From positions 1-23,288 of the forward strand of contig NW_021836622.1 in NCBI RefSeq assembly GCF_006345805.1: DNA of 23,288 nt, read 5' to 3'. Made by a program: the position numbers and the translations under genes. Under the pieces are notes generated by a model. That model worked only from the letters and a program-made list of their open reading frames with translations, searched no databases and was not told the DNA's origin. Shown in pieces: positions 1 to 9,549 of the stretch; position 1 is the stretch's first letter, and each line of letters begins with the position of its first letter. The DNA is from Octopus sinensis. Lineage: Eukaryota.

Positions 1-1166
1 AAGTCATATATCTCGACTTTGCAAGGCCTTTGATAAAGTCGATCATGGAATGATATGTCACAAACTGCGTGATCTCAACATAGTTGAAAACTGGGAGAAT
101 GGCTTCATGACTTACTGAAAGATAGAAGTCAGGTTGTAGTGGCCATTAACACGCAAATAGTGAGCGGTGGTGTTCGCAGGGCACTGTTCTTGGACCACTA
201 CTGTTCATAATGGCCCTCTCAGACATGCCCTCAGCCACGCAGAGAGCCACGATCACAAGTTATGCAGATGATACAAAAGTTTCACAGGCAATACAGAACC
301 CTGAGGACACTAAACACCTGCAATGTGAGCTGACAAAATATACAAGTGGGCCGAAAAGAATAGCATGCAGTTCAATGCTGAAAAGTTTCAAGCTCTATAC
401 TATCAGCATGCAAAACTAAATGCAATACCAATGAATACACTGGACCCGGGGAATAGCAATCCCAGAGGCACAATCAGTGCGTGACCTAGGTATTTACATG
501 AGTGATGACGCGACCTTCGTGTACATGTTGCTAAATGGGCAATGAAATGTAGACGACTGGCCGGATGGATCCTCAGACCTTTAGAACAAGAGAACAAGAA
601 CCATGATGGTCCTCTGGAAGACACTTGTCCTAAGCCACTTTGACTACTGCTCTCAGTTATGGTCACCATCCAGTGTCAAGTTGATCACAGAGCTCGAGGC
701 GATCCAACGTAGCTACACGAAGAAGATAGCCTTTATGCAGAATGTAAGCTACTGGGAAAGACTCAGGAAATTAAAATTATATTCCCTGGAGCGTAGGCGG
801 GAAAGATATGCCATAATATACATCTGGAAGATCCTGGAGGCAAGTGTCCTGAACTTTGGCATCGAGAGTTACGCAAATGCCAGAACTGGGCGCCACTGCG
901 TGGTGCCTAGGACTCCAAACTTGCCATCAAGATGTAGGACAAGATTCTGTGATAGCCTGGGCTTCCGAGGCCCACAGCTCTTCAATATCCTCCCGAAGAA
1001 CCTGAGAGACCTGCATGGGGTGGATACAGATGTCTTTAAAATGAAGCTGGATCTCTTCCTGTCAGGTGTCCCAGATGAACCAACTTCACGGCAGGAGGGG
1101 CAGATGAGGGCAGCTGCATCGAACTCTCTCATGCACCAAATAGCAGTTGCTAGAAAGCCTTCATGA
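1..1166 (+). pseudogene. Reverse transcriptase / C-terminal part of LINE ORF2, frameshifted fragment
   Basis: ORF-track pieces 210-419 (YADD) and 603-1166 join into one RT C-terminus through frameshifts; stop at 1164-1166. Confidence 0.9.
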
Positions 1167-1260
1167 AGTGAGACCAAGTAGCAACACCAAATGGCGGTGC
1201 CCCAGCATGGCCACAGCTCATAAGCTGAAACTGGAAAAATCAAAAAAAAATCAAAAATCA
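1..1260 (+). mobile_element. CR1-group non-LTR retrotransposon, family A copy 1 (3' part; continues left of window)
   Basis: RT motifs across frames: YLDFARPLIK/AFDKVDHG, QGTVLGPLLF, YADDTK, SLERRRERY, VPDEP..RAAASNSL. The 3' UTR has a hairpin cagct-cata-agctg (1214-1227) and a tail of (A)nTC units to 1260. Confidence 0.93.
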
Positions 1261-1283
1261 TATAAAACTATGTATATATATAA

Positions 1284-1328
<45 letters not shown>

Positions 1329-1430
1329 TATATATATATATGAAACTATATATATATAACTATATTATATATATATATATATATAGTTTTATATATATAC
1401 ATAGTTTTATATGATTTTTTGATTTTTTGA
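1240..1430. repeat. Inverted repeat (fold-back) of the LINE tail plus adjacent TA tract, with a (TA)n centre
   Basis: The reverse complement of 1381-1430 (tcaaaaaatcaaaaaatcatataaaactatgtatatatataaaactatat) matches 1240-1290, including the unique g interruption. Confidence 0.88.
1261..1410. repeat. Interrupted (TA)n microsatellite
   Basis: Direct reading; aac/aaaac interruptions. Confidence 0.97.
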
Positions 1431-2840
1431 GGTAGCAGAGCGGAAGCCAAGAACTATAGACCTATCTCTCTGACCTCACACATCAGCAAGGTCATGGAAC
1501 GAATAGTCAGAAGGAAGCTGATCACCTTCCTTGAAGAGAATGACTTGCTGCCCGACACCCAACATGGTTTCCGACCAGGGAGAAGCTGTTTAACTCAGCT
1601 CCTACAACACTATGACTGGGTGCTGAAACGGCTGCTCAACCACTCAAATGTGGAAGTGATATATCTCGACTTTGCAAAGGCCTTTGATAAAGTCGATCAT
1701 GGAATGATATGTCACAAACTGCGTGATCTCAACATAGTTGGAAAACTGGGAGAATGGCTTCATGACTTTCTGAAGGATAGAAGTCAGGTGGTAGTAGCAA
1801 TGGGGCCACCTCCATTAACACACAAATAGTGAGCGGTGTTCCGCAGGGCACTGTTCTGGGACCACTACTGTTCATAATGGCCCTCTCAGACATGCCCTCA
1901 GCCACGCAGAGAGCCACGATCACAAGCTATGCAGATGATACAAAAGTTTCACAGGCAATACAGAACCCTGAGGACACTAAACACCTGCAATGTGAGCTGG
2001 ACGAAATATACAGTGGGCTGAAAAGAATAGCATGCAGTTCAATGCTGGAAAGTTTCAAGCTTTATACTATCAGCATGCAAAACTGAAGCAATACCCAATG
2101 AATACACTGGACCGGAGGGATTGCAATCCCAGAGGCACAATCAGTTGTGCGTGGTTGACCTGGGTTCACATGAGTGATGACGCGACCTTTCATGTACATG
2201 TTGCTAAACTGACAATGAAATGTAGACGGCTAGCTGGATGGATTCTTAGAACCTTTAGAACAAGAGAACAAGAAACCATGATGGTCCTCTGGAAGACACT
2301 TGTCCTAAGCCACTTTGACTATGCTCTCAGCTATGGTCACCATCCAGTGTCAAGTTGATCACAGAACTTGAGGCGATCCAACGAAGCTACACAAAGAAGA
2401 TAGCCTCTATGCAGAATGTAAGCTACTGGGAAAGACTCAAGAGATTAAAATTATATTCCCTGGAGCGTAGGCGGGAAAGATATGCCATAATATACATCTG
2501 GAAGATCCTGGAGGGAAGTGTCCTGAACTTTGGCATCGAGAGTTACGCAAATGCCAGAACTGGGCGCCACTGCGTGGTGCCTAGGACTCCAAACCTGCCA
2601 TCAAGATGTAGGACAAGATTCTGTGATAGCCTGGGCTTCCGAGGCCCACAGCTCTTCAATATCCTCCCGAAGAACCTGAGAGACCTGCATGGGGTGGATA
2701 CAGATGTCTTTAAAATGAAGCTGGATCTCTTCCTGTCAGGTGTCCCAGATGAACCAACTTCACGGCAGGAGGGGCAGATGAGGGCAGCTGCATCGAACTC
2801 TCTCATGCACCAAATAGCAGTTGCTAGAAAGCCTCCATGA
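1431..2840 (+). pseudogene. Reverse transcriptase fragment of LINE ORF2 (5'-truncated, frameshifted)
   Basis: ORF-track pieces 1494-1829, 1829-2086, 2032-2358 and 2355-2840 contain QHGFRPGRSCLTQLL, YLDFAKAFDKVDH, SGVPQGTVLGP, YADD and SLERRRERY. Confidence 0.93.
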
Positions 2841-2910
2841 AGTGAAACCAAGTAGCAACACCAAATGGCGGTGCCCCAGCATGGCCACAGCTCATAAGCT
2901 GAAACTAGAA

Positions 2911-2932
2911 TCATCAATCAATCAATCAATCA
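2911..2932 (+). repeat. (AATC)n 3' tail of family A copy 2
   Basis: tcatcaatcaatcaatcaatca directly after the 3' hairpin-gaaac motif; short tandem-repeat tails are typical of CR1-group LINEs. Confidence 0.88.
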
Positions 2933-3005
2933 TATAATATATTATATATATATATATATATAACTTATAATATATATATATATTATATATATATTATATA
3001 TAAAC

Positions 3006-3036
<31 letters not shown>

Positions 3037-3056
3037 AATATATATATATATATATC

Positions 3057-3089
<33 letters not shown>

Positions 3090-3374
3090 GAATAATATAT
3101 TATATATATATTATATATAAATATTATATATAAATATATTATATTTATATATATATATATATATATAAATATATATATAAATATATATATAATAATATAA
3201 TATATATAACTATATATATATATATATCTATATATATAACTATATATATATATATACATATATATAACTATATATATATATATGTATAACTATATTATAA
3301 CATATATATATATAAAAACTATATATATAACTATATATATATATATAACTATATATATATTATATATATAAAAC

Positions 3375-3406
<32 letters not shown>

Positions 3407-3410
3407 ATAT
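2933..3410. repeat. Interrupted (TA)n microsatellite
   Basis: Direct reading; recurring tataactata / tataaaactata interruptions. Confidence 0.97.
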
Positions 3411-3577
3411 AATTTAGTTATCGCCATACTATATGGCATTCTTATAAAAATAAGAATAAAGCTGACCGCTTATTAGCTCCATGAGGCCATCGCTTAAGTT
3501 AGCTATTTGATACACAAACTGTATCCATATAACCTTTGAACAAGGGAGGTCAGTCGCTCCACACTACTTGGCCGGCA

Positions 3578-3619
3578 GCTACAGACGCGTTTCGGGGTAT
3601 TGCCCCTTTTCAATGCAGC
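3578..3619 (-). ncRNA. Minimal type I hammerhead ribozyme, U3-A8 core variant
   Basis: Minus strand reads GCUGCA-UUGAAAA-GGGG-CAAUA-CCCC-GAA-ACGCGU-C^UGUAGC. Stem I is 6 bp (one G-U) and stem II is 4 bp G-C. Core UUGAAAA keeps the 3-8 Watson-Crick pair; GAAA is present; stem III is the palindrome ACGCGU; the site is GUC. Predicted cut between 3584 and 3583. Confidence 0.85.
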
Positions 3620-3629
3620 GTAGCCAAAC

Positions 3630-3645
3630 CAGTAGGTGTCGCTTC
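3630..3645. other. 16-bp target-site duplication at the 3' end of Tx1 copy 1
   Basis: cagtaggtgtcgcttc is identical at 3630, 8963, 9318 and 14628. Confidence 0.92.
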
Positions 3646-3863
3646 TTAAATCTTTATTATGATTATAAAAATCTTACAGAGATAGTACATTACATACAAA
3701 ACATAATTACAAAAGTTTACGTTGTTCGTTTGATATTTACATATGTTGATTATTGATTATGATACTAGACTTTATTTCTCCTTTTTTTTAAAATAAAAAT
3801 GATTTTGGCCAGCTAGGTATATCACAGTCAGGATTCTTACCCGACAGCCTAAGAGCCCAGAGA

Positions 3864-6800
3864 CTATTTTCTCCCTTCATGATGACCAAGCAGGGTTACT
3901 CCACCCACCTTTTTTATCACATCCTTCCATCGATTCACATACTTTTTCTGTGTCAGGTCCTCTTCTCTAAATCCATCTTGCTCTTTAGATGGTATCTGAA
4001 GTATTTTAACATACCATATCCAGAGACAAAGGTTCCTGACACCAAACCTTCCAATCTAGTTCTCCACACACACTCTTTCAGTACTGCCACCGTACAGTGA
4101 AAACAAGCCTCACCTTCCTTTGAGAGTCCAGCTGGCGGTATCATCTTTATTATAGAACCAGCCGATAGCTGTACTCGTCCCAGATGCGACAACACGTGTT
4201 CTACGTAACTTATTAAGCCTGACAGCTCCTGACAATGTACAAAAGCGTGCTGGACGGTTTCATCGTCCAACCCACATCTTGGACATGTCGGTGGCACTGA
4301 CATTCCATGCCTATATAACTTATCGCGAACAGGTAGAGCATTCCTATAGCACTGCCAAGTCAGGGATTTTTGGTAATTGTCCAAATACCCCGGCTTGAAA
4401 GTCTTCTTAAACAGGTCGGATAGTTGATCCTCATCGAACCCCAGAGCCCCTCTTAGGACGTCGTCATTTTTTGCCTCTACCATCCTTCTATAAATGTCGA
4501 GGTGGTATTCCGCAGCCGGCTTTGCCTATCTTGTGGATCAGCCAGAGTGCCTGTCGGCACTCTTTCTGCCATAAAGTCAGGTTCCGTCTTTTAATGAAAC
4601 CGGTTTAAATCTCTCCATAGAGTCCGGTTGCGGGAAGAAATTATCTGCCAGCGGACTCCACACCTTATCACCTTCCAGGTGAAACCAGAGATGTCTCAGT
4701 CTCAGCGCATGCCTGCGCATCATTAACCAAGGCATCCCCAGCCCACCCTTTAGTGGTTCCTGGCAACACACGGAGCGCCTTACAAGTGGCTTTCCTCCCT
4801 TCCACAAAAAGCGGAAAAGGAGTCGATCCAACTTGCTTAGCCACAAATCGGGGCAAGGCACGACAGTCAGGCGATAGGTGATTACAGATGCTATAAACAC
4901 CTGTACCACCTCCGCCCTCCCTTTCAAGGAAAGATGCCTTCCGAACCACTCCCGAACTATGGCTTCGACCTTGGTCACTACCTCGCCAATTTTTCTCCGT
5001 CTGGGAGTCTGAACCAAACCAAACTCCAAGCAATTTAACAGGACCATCTGTCCAGTGTCCAACAACACTGGACGATATCGGCTTGTTCCTCCAGGTGCCG
5101 AGGCGCAAACCAGTGGACTTGTCCTTGTTAACTTTGCCCCAGCCACCGCTTCGTATCTTCGGAGAGCACCTTCTACACGAGTTAGTTGTGCTTCGTTGGA
5201 CACGATGAAGGTGACGTCATCCGCATACGCAGAAACAGACTTACCGCATCCGATTTCATTAGGATTGCATCTCACCGTCTCCAACTTCCGCAGCAATGGC
5301 TCAAGAGCCAAAACGTACAGGAGAGGGGACAAGGGACATCCTTGACGAACTGAACGCTTAATCGAAAACGGTTCCGTTAGTAACCGTTTATCTGGACTGT
5401 GGACTTGATACCGCTGTACATAGCTGATATCCACCCGCGAAAGTCAGGACTAGCCAGCCCACCTCGAGAACCGTCGCCAGGTACTGATGATCTACCCTAT
5501 CAAATGCTTACTTTGGTCTAAATGGACCAATGCCCCTCCTTTGCCGGCTAATTGCCCAAACCTGTCTATAGTGTAGCGTAGAAGGTGAAGATTATCTTCG
5601 ATCGACCTGCCTGGGATTGCACATGTCTGTGCCTTTCCGACAAGTTTTTCCATGACGACCTTCAACCTTTCTGCTAACACCTTGGCCAAAATCTTTAACT
5701 CTACATTAAGTAGAGTTATGGGCCTATAATTACTAATATTATCCCCCTTGCTCGGGTCTTTCTGGATCAGCGTCACAACTCCCCGGCTCACAGAACTGGG
5801 AATCCTCCCATTCTGTTGCCAGTTTGCGTAGACGCTTGCCAGTATGTCCCCGAACAAGTCCGGCATACAACAATAAAACTCATAGGGCAGACCATCCAGT
5901 CCCGGCGACTTTTCCCGGGCGCATTCAGCCAAAACCCCTCTTACCTCCGCGGGAGTAATCGGTCCTTCACAGCGTTCCGCTCTGCTTGGCGAGAGCCGAG
6001 GCCCACCAGCTAGGAAGTTCTGTAAGTCCTCCCCTCGCTCGAGTGGATCGCCCTCCCCAAACAACCGAGCGAAATGCTGTTGAAAGACCTTCTGTATCTC
6101 CTCCTGTCCATAGATTTTGCGTCCCTGTTCGTCAGTTAAAGACTTAATAGTGGACTTTTTGCCCTTCTGACTCTCCACACGACGTGCCCATCCGGCAACA
6201 TTAATACCTTCTCGTTTCACTGCACGTAGCTTAGCTCTGACTCTACATCCTTCATGCTTGGCATTGAGGTGACGGTACAAGATCGTTCTCTCTGCTAACA
6301 CTCTAGATGCACAGCCAGATCCCATTGCCTCGTCTAAGTTCTTAACTAAATCGCCCTCTATTCTAGTCCTATCTAAACTTAGCTGGTTGCTAAATCTAAT
6401 GGACTCCAAACGGATGGCTCTTTTGAGGGCGATCCACCATCTATATTAATGATGGTTCCACATAATGCCTCTGGACTAATTCCATAATCCGGTTACGGAA
6501 AGCTTCACAAGCCAAAATAGACTTGTTCATTTTCCAGTATCCGGGTCCTGTCTATGGCATTTATCTACATGTACCTCACACGTCACTAATTTGTGATCCG
6601 TGTAAGGCACAATACAAAATTGTGGACAGCTAATGCTATTCCTATCTCGTTCTTTAACAAATACCCTATCTATATACGATCTGCGTGAGCCGTCATTGTT
6701 ACTCCACGTCCACTGTGGAATGCTCGGCTCATCCATTCGAAACCGATCTACTAGATTAAAGCTCGTCAGTAGACCCTTAAGGCAAGGATTCCCCCTTCTA

Positions 6801-7259
6801 TCAGACGAGCCCACACTATCTATCCGCGCATCGATGATAGTGTGAAATCCCTACCAATACTACCGTTTTAGACGTCACTAGAAAGTGCTCCAAGTTCCGA
6901 TAAAAACCAGTCTGCCTACCCTCATTAGGAGCATAAACAGCTACCAACCTGAAGGACTGCTTACTTACGTGAGTTACATCGAGGACAACCAGCCTACCTT
7001 CTGGGTCCATAAAGACAGTACTTACCTGTAAGTCCAAGTTCTTCCTGATAAGGACTGCCACGCCTGCACTTCCTCCTCGGCTAGGAGAAATAAATTTCTC
7101 GTAACCATTGAGAAGATGCGAGAACGCTTGGGTTCCTCTCATCTTGGACTCGGTGACAATGGCTACATCTATTCTGTGTGTCCTGAGGTCGTCCAGCAAG
7201 CAAGCCTGTTTCCATTTCGACCCCATTCCACGCACATTTATACAGCCCAACTTAATCAT
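3864..7259 (-). CDS. Tx1-type ORF2: AP endonuclease + reverse transcriptase + C-terminal CCHC zinc finger (~1130 aa reconstructed; frameshifted as assembled)
   Basis: EN motifs GCINVRG, TES, SYIDRVFV, YTDH; RT motifs KSPGLDGLPYEFY, YRPITLLNVELKIL, RQGCPLSPLL, AYADD; finger CPRCGLDDETVQHAFVHC. Stop reconstructed with copy 2 (..HEGRK*). Several single-base indels break the frame. Confidence 0.9.
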
Positions 7260-7279
7260 CGATGAATGAAGAAAGTTTG

Positions 7280-8745
7280 TTACTTACGGTTGTGAGAGGG
7301 AGCATGGCAGCTTTTGTCTGCCTGCTTCCCCACACTCTCCCGTTGTTGCTGGGCATTTAACGGCGTTGCCACCGGGCTCTGGGATGGAGTGGCTGCCGGG
7401 CTAATATTCAATTTTCCAGCTATCACCTCTTGTGTGACATCTTTAATCAGGTTGTCCCTCACGTGTAGTTGGAAGAGTCTCTCCTTCCATTCCTCCTCTC
7501 CAACCTTCGCATACCCTCCAATCCGGGTTTTTTTCGATGGTTGAAACATTTTATGTTTGGTTTCGCCTTTATGTACCAAACTACTCTCTCGTTTTTTGTG
7601 TTATAAGCAATGCACCTATCGGTTTTTTGAATCCTTTTAAAGTTGGGGGCTGGGGTTTAATGAAATGCTGGCCTACAAAAGTAGTGCCAGCGGGGTGGGA
7701 TTGGATAATTTTTTTGTGTTGTTCTGCGTTTGTTTTTCTTTTGTTTTGGGGTGGGGAGTCCGGGGTATTGGATTTCTTCCTTTTGTTGGTTACGGTCGTA
7801 TATTCCATTACTTCCAGTTCTTTTCCATTTGATAAATTATTTTCCACCTCGTTTTCGTTTTCGCTTTGTTTTCCATTCATTTTCTTTCCTCCTTTGACTT
7901 TCATTTTGCTTTTTCCGGGTATTCTCTTTTGTTGTTGCTGTGATGTCTGCTTTGTTCTCCACAGCGGTTTGAATGGGGGCATTAACGGGTTTTTTCTTTT
8001 GCACTCTGAGCGGACGTGACCCTTCTGCCCACATTTGAAACATCTGGGCCTACGTCCCTCAACCGATACCCGCGCAGTGTGTCCATCCCCACGAAGACCC
8101 TGTCTGGCAAACTCTCCAGCGTTGCATTGTCAGCTTGAACGATCATTTCAAGCTGCTGACCTTTCCAAATTTTGCCTCTTTCATCCTCATGTTTAAAATT
8201 TAATTTCTCTTCTACGTCGAATACGACCGCTGTTGCTGCCCACATTACATCGTAACCTTGGTATACTCTATTGTTATCTTAGCTGTTCTGCGCCCTAAGT
8301 ACGTGGGCAGCAACAGGATGTCTGCACTCTTCAACGTTTGAGTTGAAATTTCCTTCGCTATGCTAGCCGACTCGAAATGCGCTTCAATAGTAGCGCTTCT
8401 CACTCCTCGGCCAACATAGCGAACCTTGTTCCAAAATGGTGCCATGCACCGTTCTACCAATTCATTTCTTACATCTGCAATCTTTTTTTCCTTAATATTA
8501 TATACCTTATAAATTACCGTCTTCTCACGGATTGCTTGTAAGGTGTCAGGGGGCGGTATTATTCTCGTTTCTTCTCCGCCTTTGTATGAACTTTCTGAAC
8601 TTGAAGAGATCCTCCATTGTTACTTCCAGTTCTATAACATTGCCTCCAACGGCTTCCGAAAAACTTTGTTTCTCCTTTGTATCCTTTGCTTTATAACTTC
8701 TCCCATCTCGGGAAAATCAGAATTTGACGTTAAGTCAAGATCCAT
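7280..8745 (-). CDS. Tx1-type ORF1 (gag-like nucleic-acid-binding protein, ~490 aa reconstructed; frameshifted as assembled)
   Basis: ATG at 8745 (MDLDLTSNSDFPEMGEV), a single CX2CX4HX4C knuckle CFKCGQKGHVRSEC at 8001-8042, a Lys-rich tract, stop at 7280-7282. Confidence 0.82.
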
Positions 8746-8824
8746 AATAAAATGCAAGTGACTTGTCACAAGAGACAAGATAAAAATTAAATCCACACTG
8801 AATTAAAGTTCATATATAAAAAGA

Positions 8825-8851
8825 AATTTTCTACCCCGAAGGGCGAAAATT
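8825..8851 (-). promoter_or_regulatory. cUUCGg tetraloop hairpin in the Tx1 5' UTR (repeated at 14490-14516)
   Basis: Minus strand AAUUUUC-GCCC-UUCG-GGGU-A-GAAAAUU; identical in both copies. Function unknown. Confidence 0.55.
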
Positions 8852-8962
8852 ACTTTGTTTCACAAGTTAATACTCCAAAAATTGTACGTGTAAATCCAGA
8901 ACAGAACGAACTAACATAACAGCTTACAGCGTAAAATAATCCGACGTAATCCAAGGAAAAAT

Positions 8963-8978
8963 CAGTAGGTGTCGCTTC
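8963..8978. other. Target-site duplication at the 5' end of Tx1 copy 1
   Basis: cagtaggtgtcgcttc. Confidence 0.92.
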
Positions 8979-9267
8979 CGACAATCTGTTCAAAGGTTTT
9001 ATTTACCTAGCTTCGGTGGAATACATCCACTTGTTTTCAATAATAGAAATATTAAAATTACTAAGTCTCTCTAAAAGAGAACAACGGCAGCGTTCCCGGA
9101 AATATTAGTTATCGCCATACTAATATGGCATTCTTATAAAAATAAGAAAAAGCTGACCGCTTATTAGCTCCATGAGGCCATCGCTAAGTTAACTATTTGA
9201 TACACAAACTGTATCCATATAACCTTTGAACAAGGGAGGTCAGTCGCTCCACACTACTTGGCCGGCA

Positions 9268-9307
9268 GCAACAGCCGTTTCGGGGTATTGCCCCTTTTCA
9301 ATGCAGC
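9268..9307 (-). ncRNA. Degenerate copy of the hammerhead ribozyme
   Basis: Stem II and core are intact, but stem III/cleavage site reads ACGGC instead of ACGCGUC and stem I has a mismatch. Predicted inactive unless this is sequencing error. Confidence 0.65.
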
Positions 9308-9317
9308 GTAGCCAAAC

Positions 9318-9333
9318 CAGTAGGTGTCGCTTC
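9318..9333. other. Target-site duplication at the 3' end of Tx1 copy 2
   Basis: cagtaggtgtcgcttc (16 bp; 17 bp if the following t is included for this copy). Confidence 0.92.
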
Positions 9334-9549
9334 TAAATCTTTATTATGATTATAAAAATCTTACAGAGATAGTACATTACAATACAAAACATAATTACAA
9401 AAGTTTACGTTGTTCGTTTGATATTTACATTTGTTGATTATTGATTATGATACTAGACTTTATTCTCCTTTTTTTTAAATTAAAAATGATTTTGGCCAGC
9501 TAGGATATCACAGTCAGGATTCTTACCCGACAGCCTAAGAGCCCAGAGA

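Larger units (their letters stand above)
1431..2932 (+). mobile_element. CR1-group LINE, family A copy 2, 5'-truncated inside the RT domain
   Basis: Starts at GSRAEAKNYRPISLTSHISKVMER. Near-identical to 1-1231 over ~1666-2905. Same 3' UTR hairpin (2888-2901), followed by an (AATC)n tail. Confidence 0.95.
3411..3645 (-). mobile_element. Partial unit of a ~355-nt hammerhead-containing tandem repeat (retrozyme / Penelope pLTR-like)
   Basis: Near-identical to 9100-9333 and, over the shared part, to 14768-14902. Non-coding, contains a hammerhead motif, truncated by the TA tract. Confidence 0.75.
3646..8962 (-). mobile_element. Full-length Tx1/L1-clade non-LTR retrotransposon, copy 1 (~5.3 kb)
   Basis: ~217-nt 5' UTR, ORF1 with CCHC knuckle, 20-nt spacer, ORF2 APE-RT-zinc finger, ~218-nt 3' UTR ending AATAAA-gattt-aa, flanked by 16-bp direct repeats. 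Confidence 0.92.
8963..9333 (-). mobile_element. Complete unit (~355 nt plus duplicated target site) of the hammerhead tandem repeat, between the two Tx1 copies
   Basis: Begins and ends with the 16-bp TSD, matches the flanking partial units, contains multiple hairpins and no ORF. Confidence 0.78.

Noticed and set aside
869-1261. Antisense or alternative-frame ORFs (e.g. 403-669, 869-1261, 2543-2917, 5055-5345, 7537-8019, 10568-10981, 17893-18390, 22639-23085)
   Set aside because: Shadows of LINE coding sequence with no independent protein motifs.
1-2932. Family A pair as a pure assembly duplication
   Set aside because: Different tails, an internal ~13-bp indel (~145 vs ~1800) and scattered substitutions argue for separate insertions, though read-level confirmation is lacking.
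3056-3259. Tyr/Ile-rich ORFs (also 1147-1359, 20489-20680, 20637-20828)
   Set aside because: Translations of (TA)n microsatellite.
3630-3650. Target as a U2 snRNA, tRNA, 5S or SL RNA gene (known Tx1-type targets)
   Set aside because: Only an 8-nt resemblance (tcgcttct) to the U2 5' end; no recognisable snRNA, tRNA or rRNA body in the 355-nt unit.
8987-8998. Pol III B-box (gttcaaagg)
   Set aside because: Does not fit GTTCRANNC and has no A-box; better explained as one arm of a long-range stem.
8963-9317. Coding Penelope (GIY-YIG/RT) remnant in the repeat unit
   Set aside because: No ORF or motif seen; only the ribozyme and fold-back architecture point to Penelope or retrozyme affinity.
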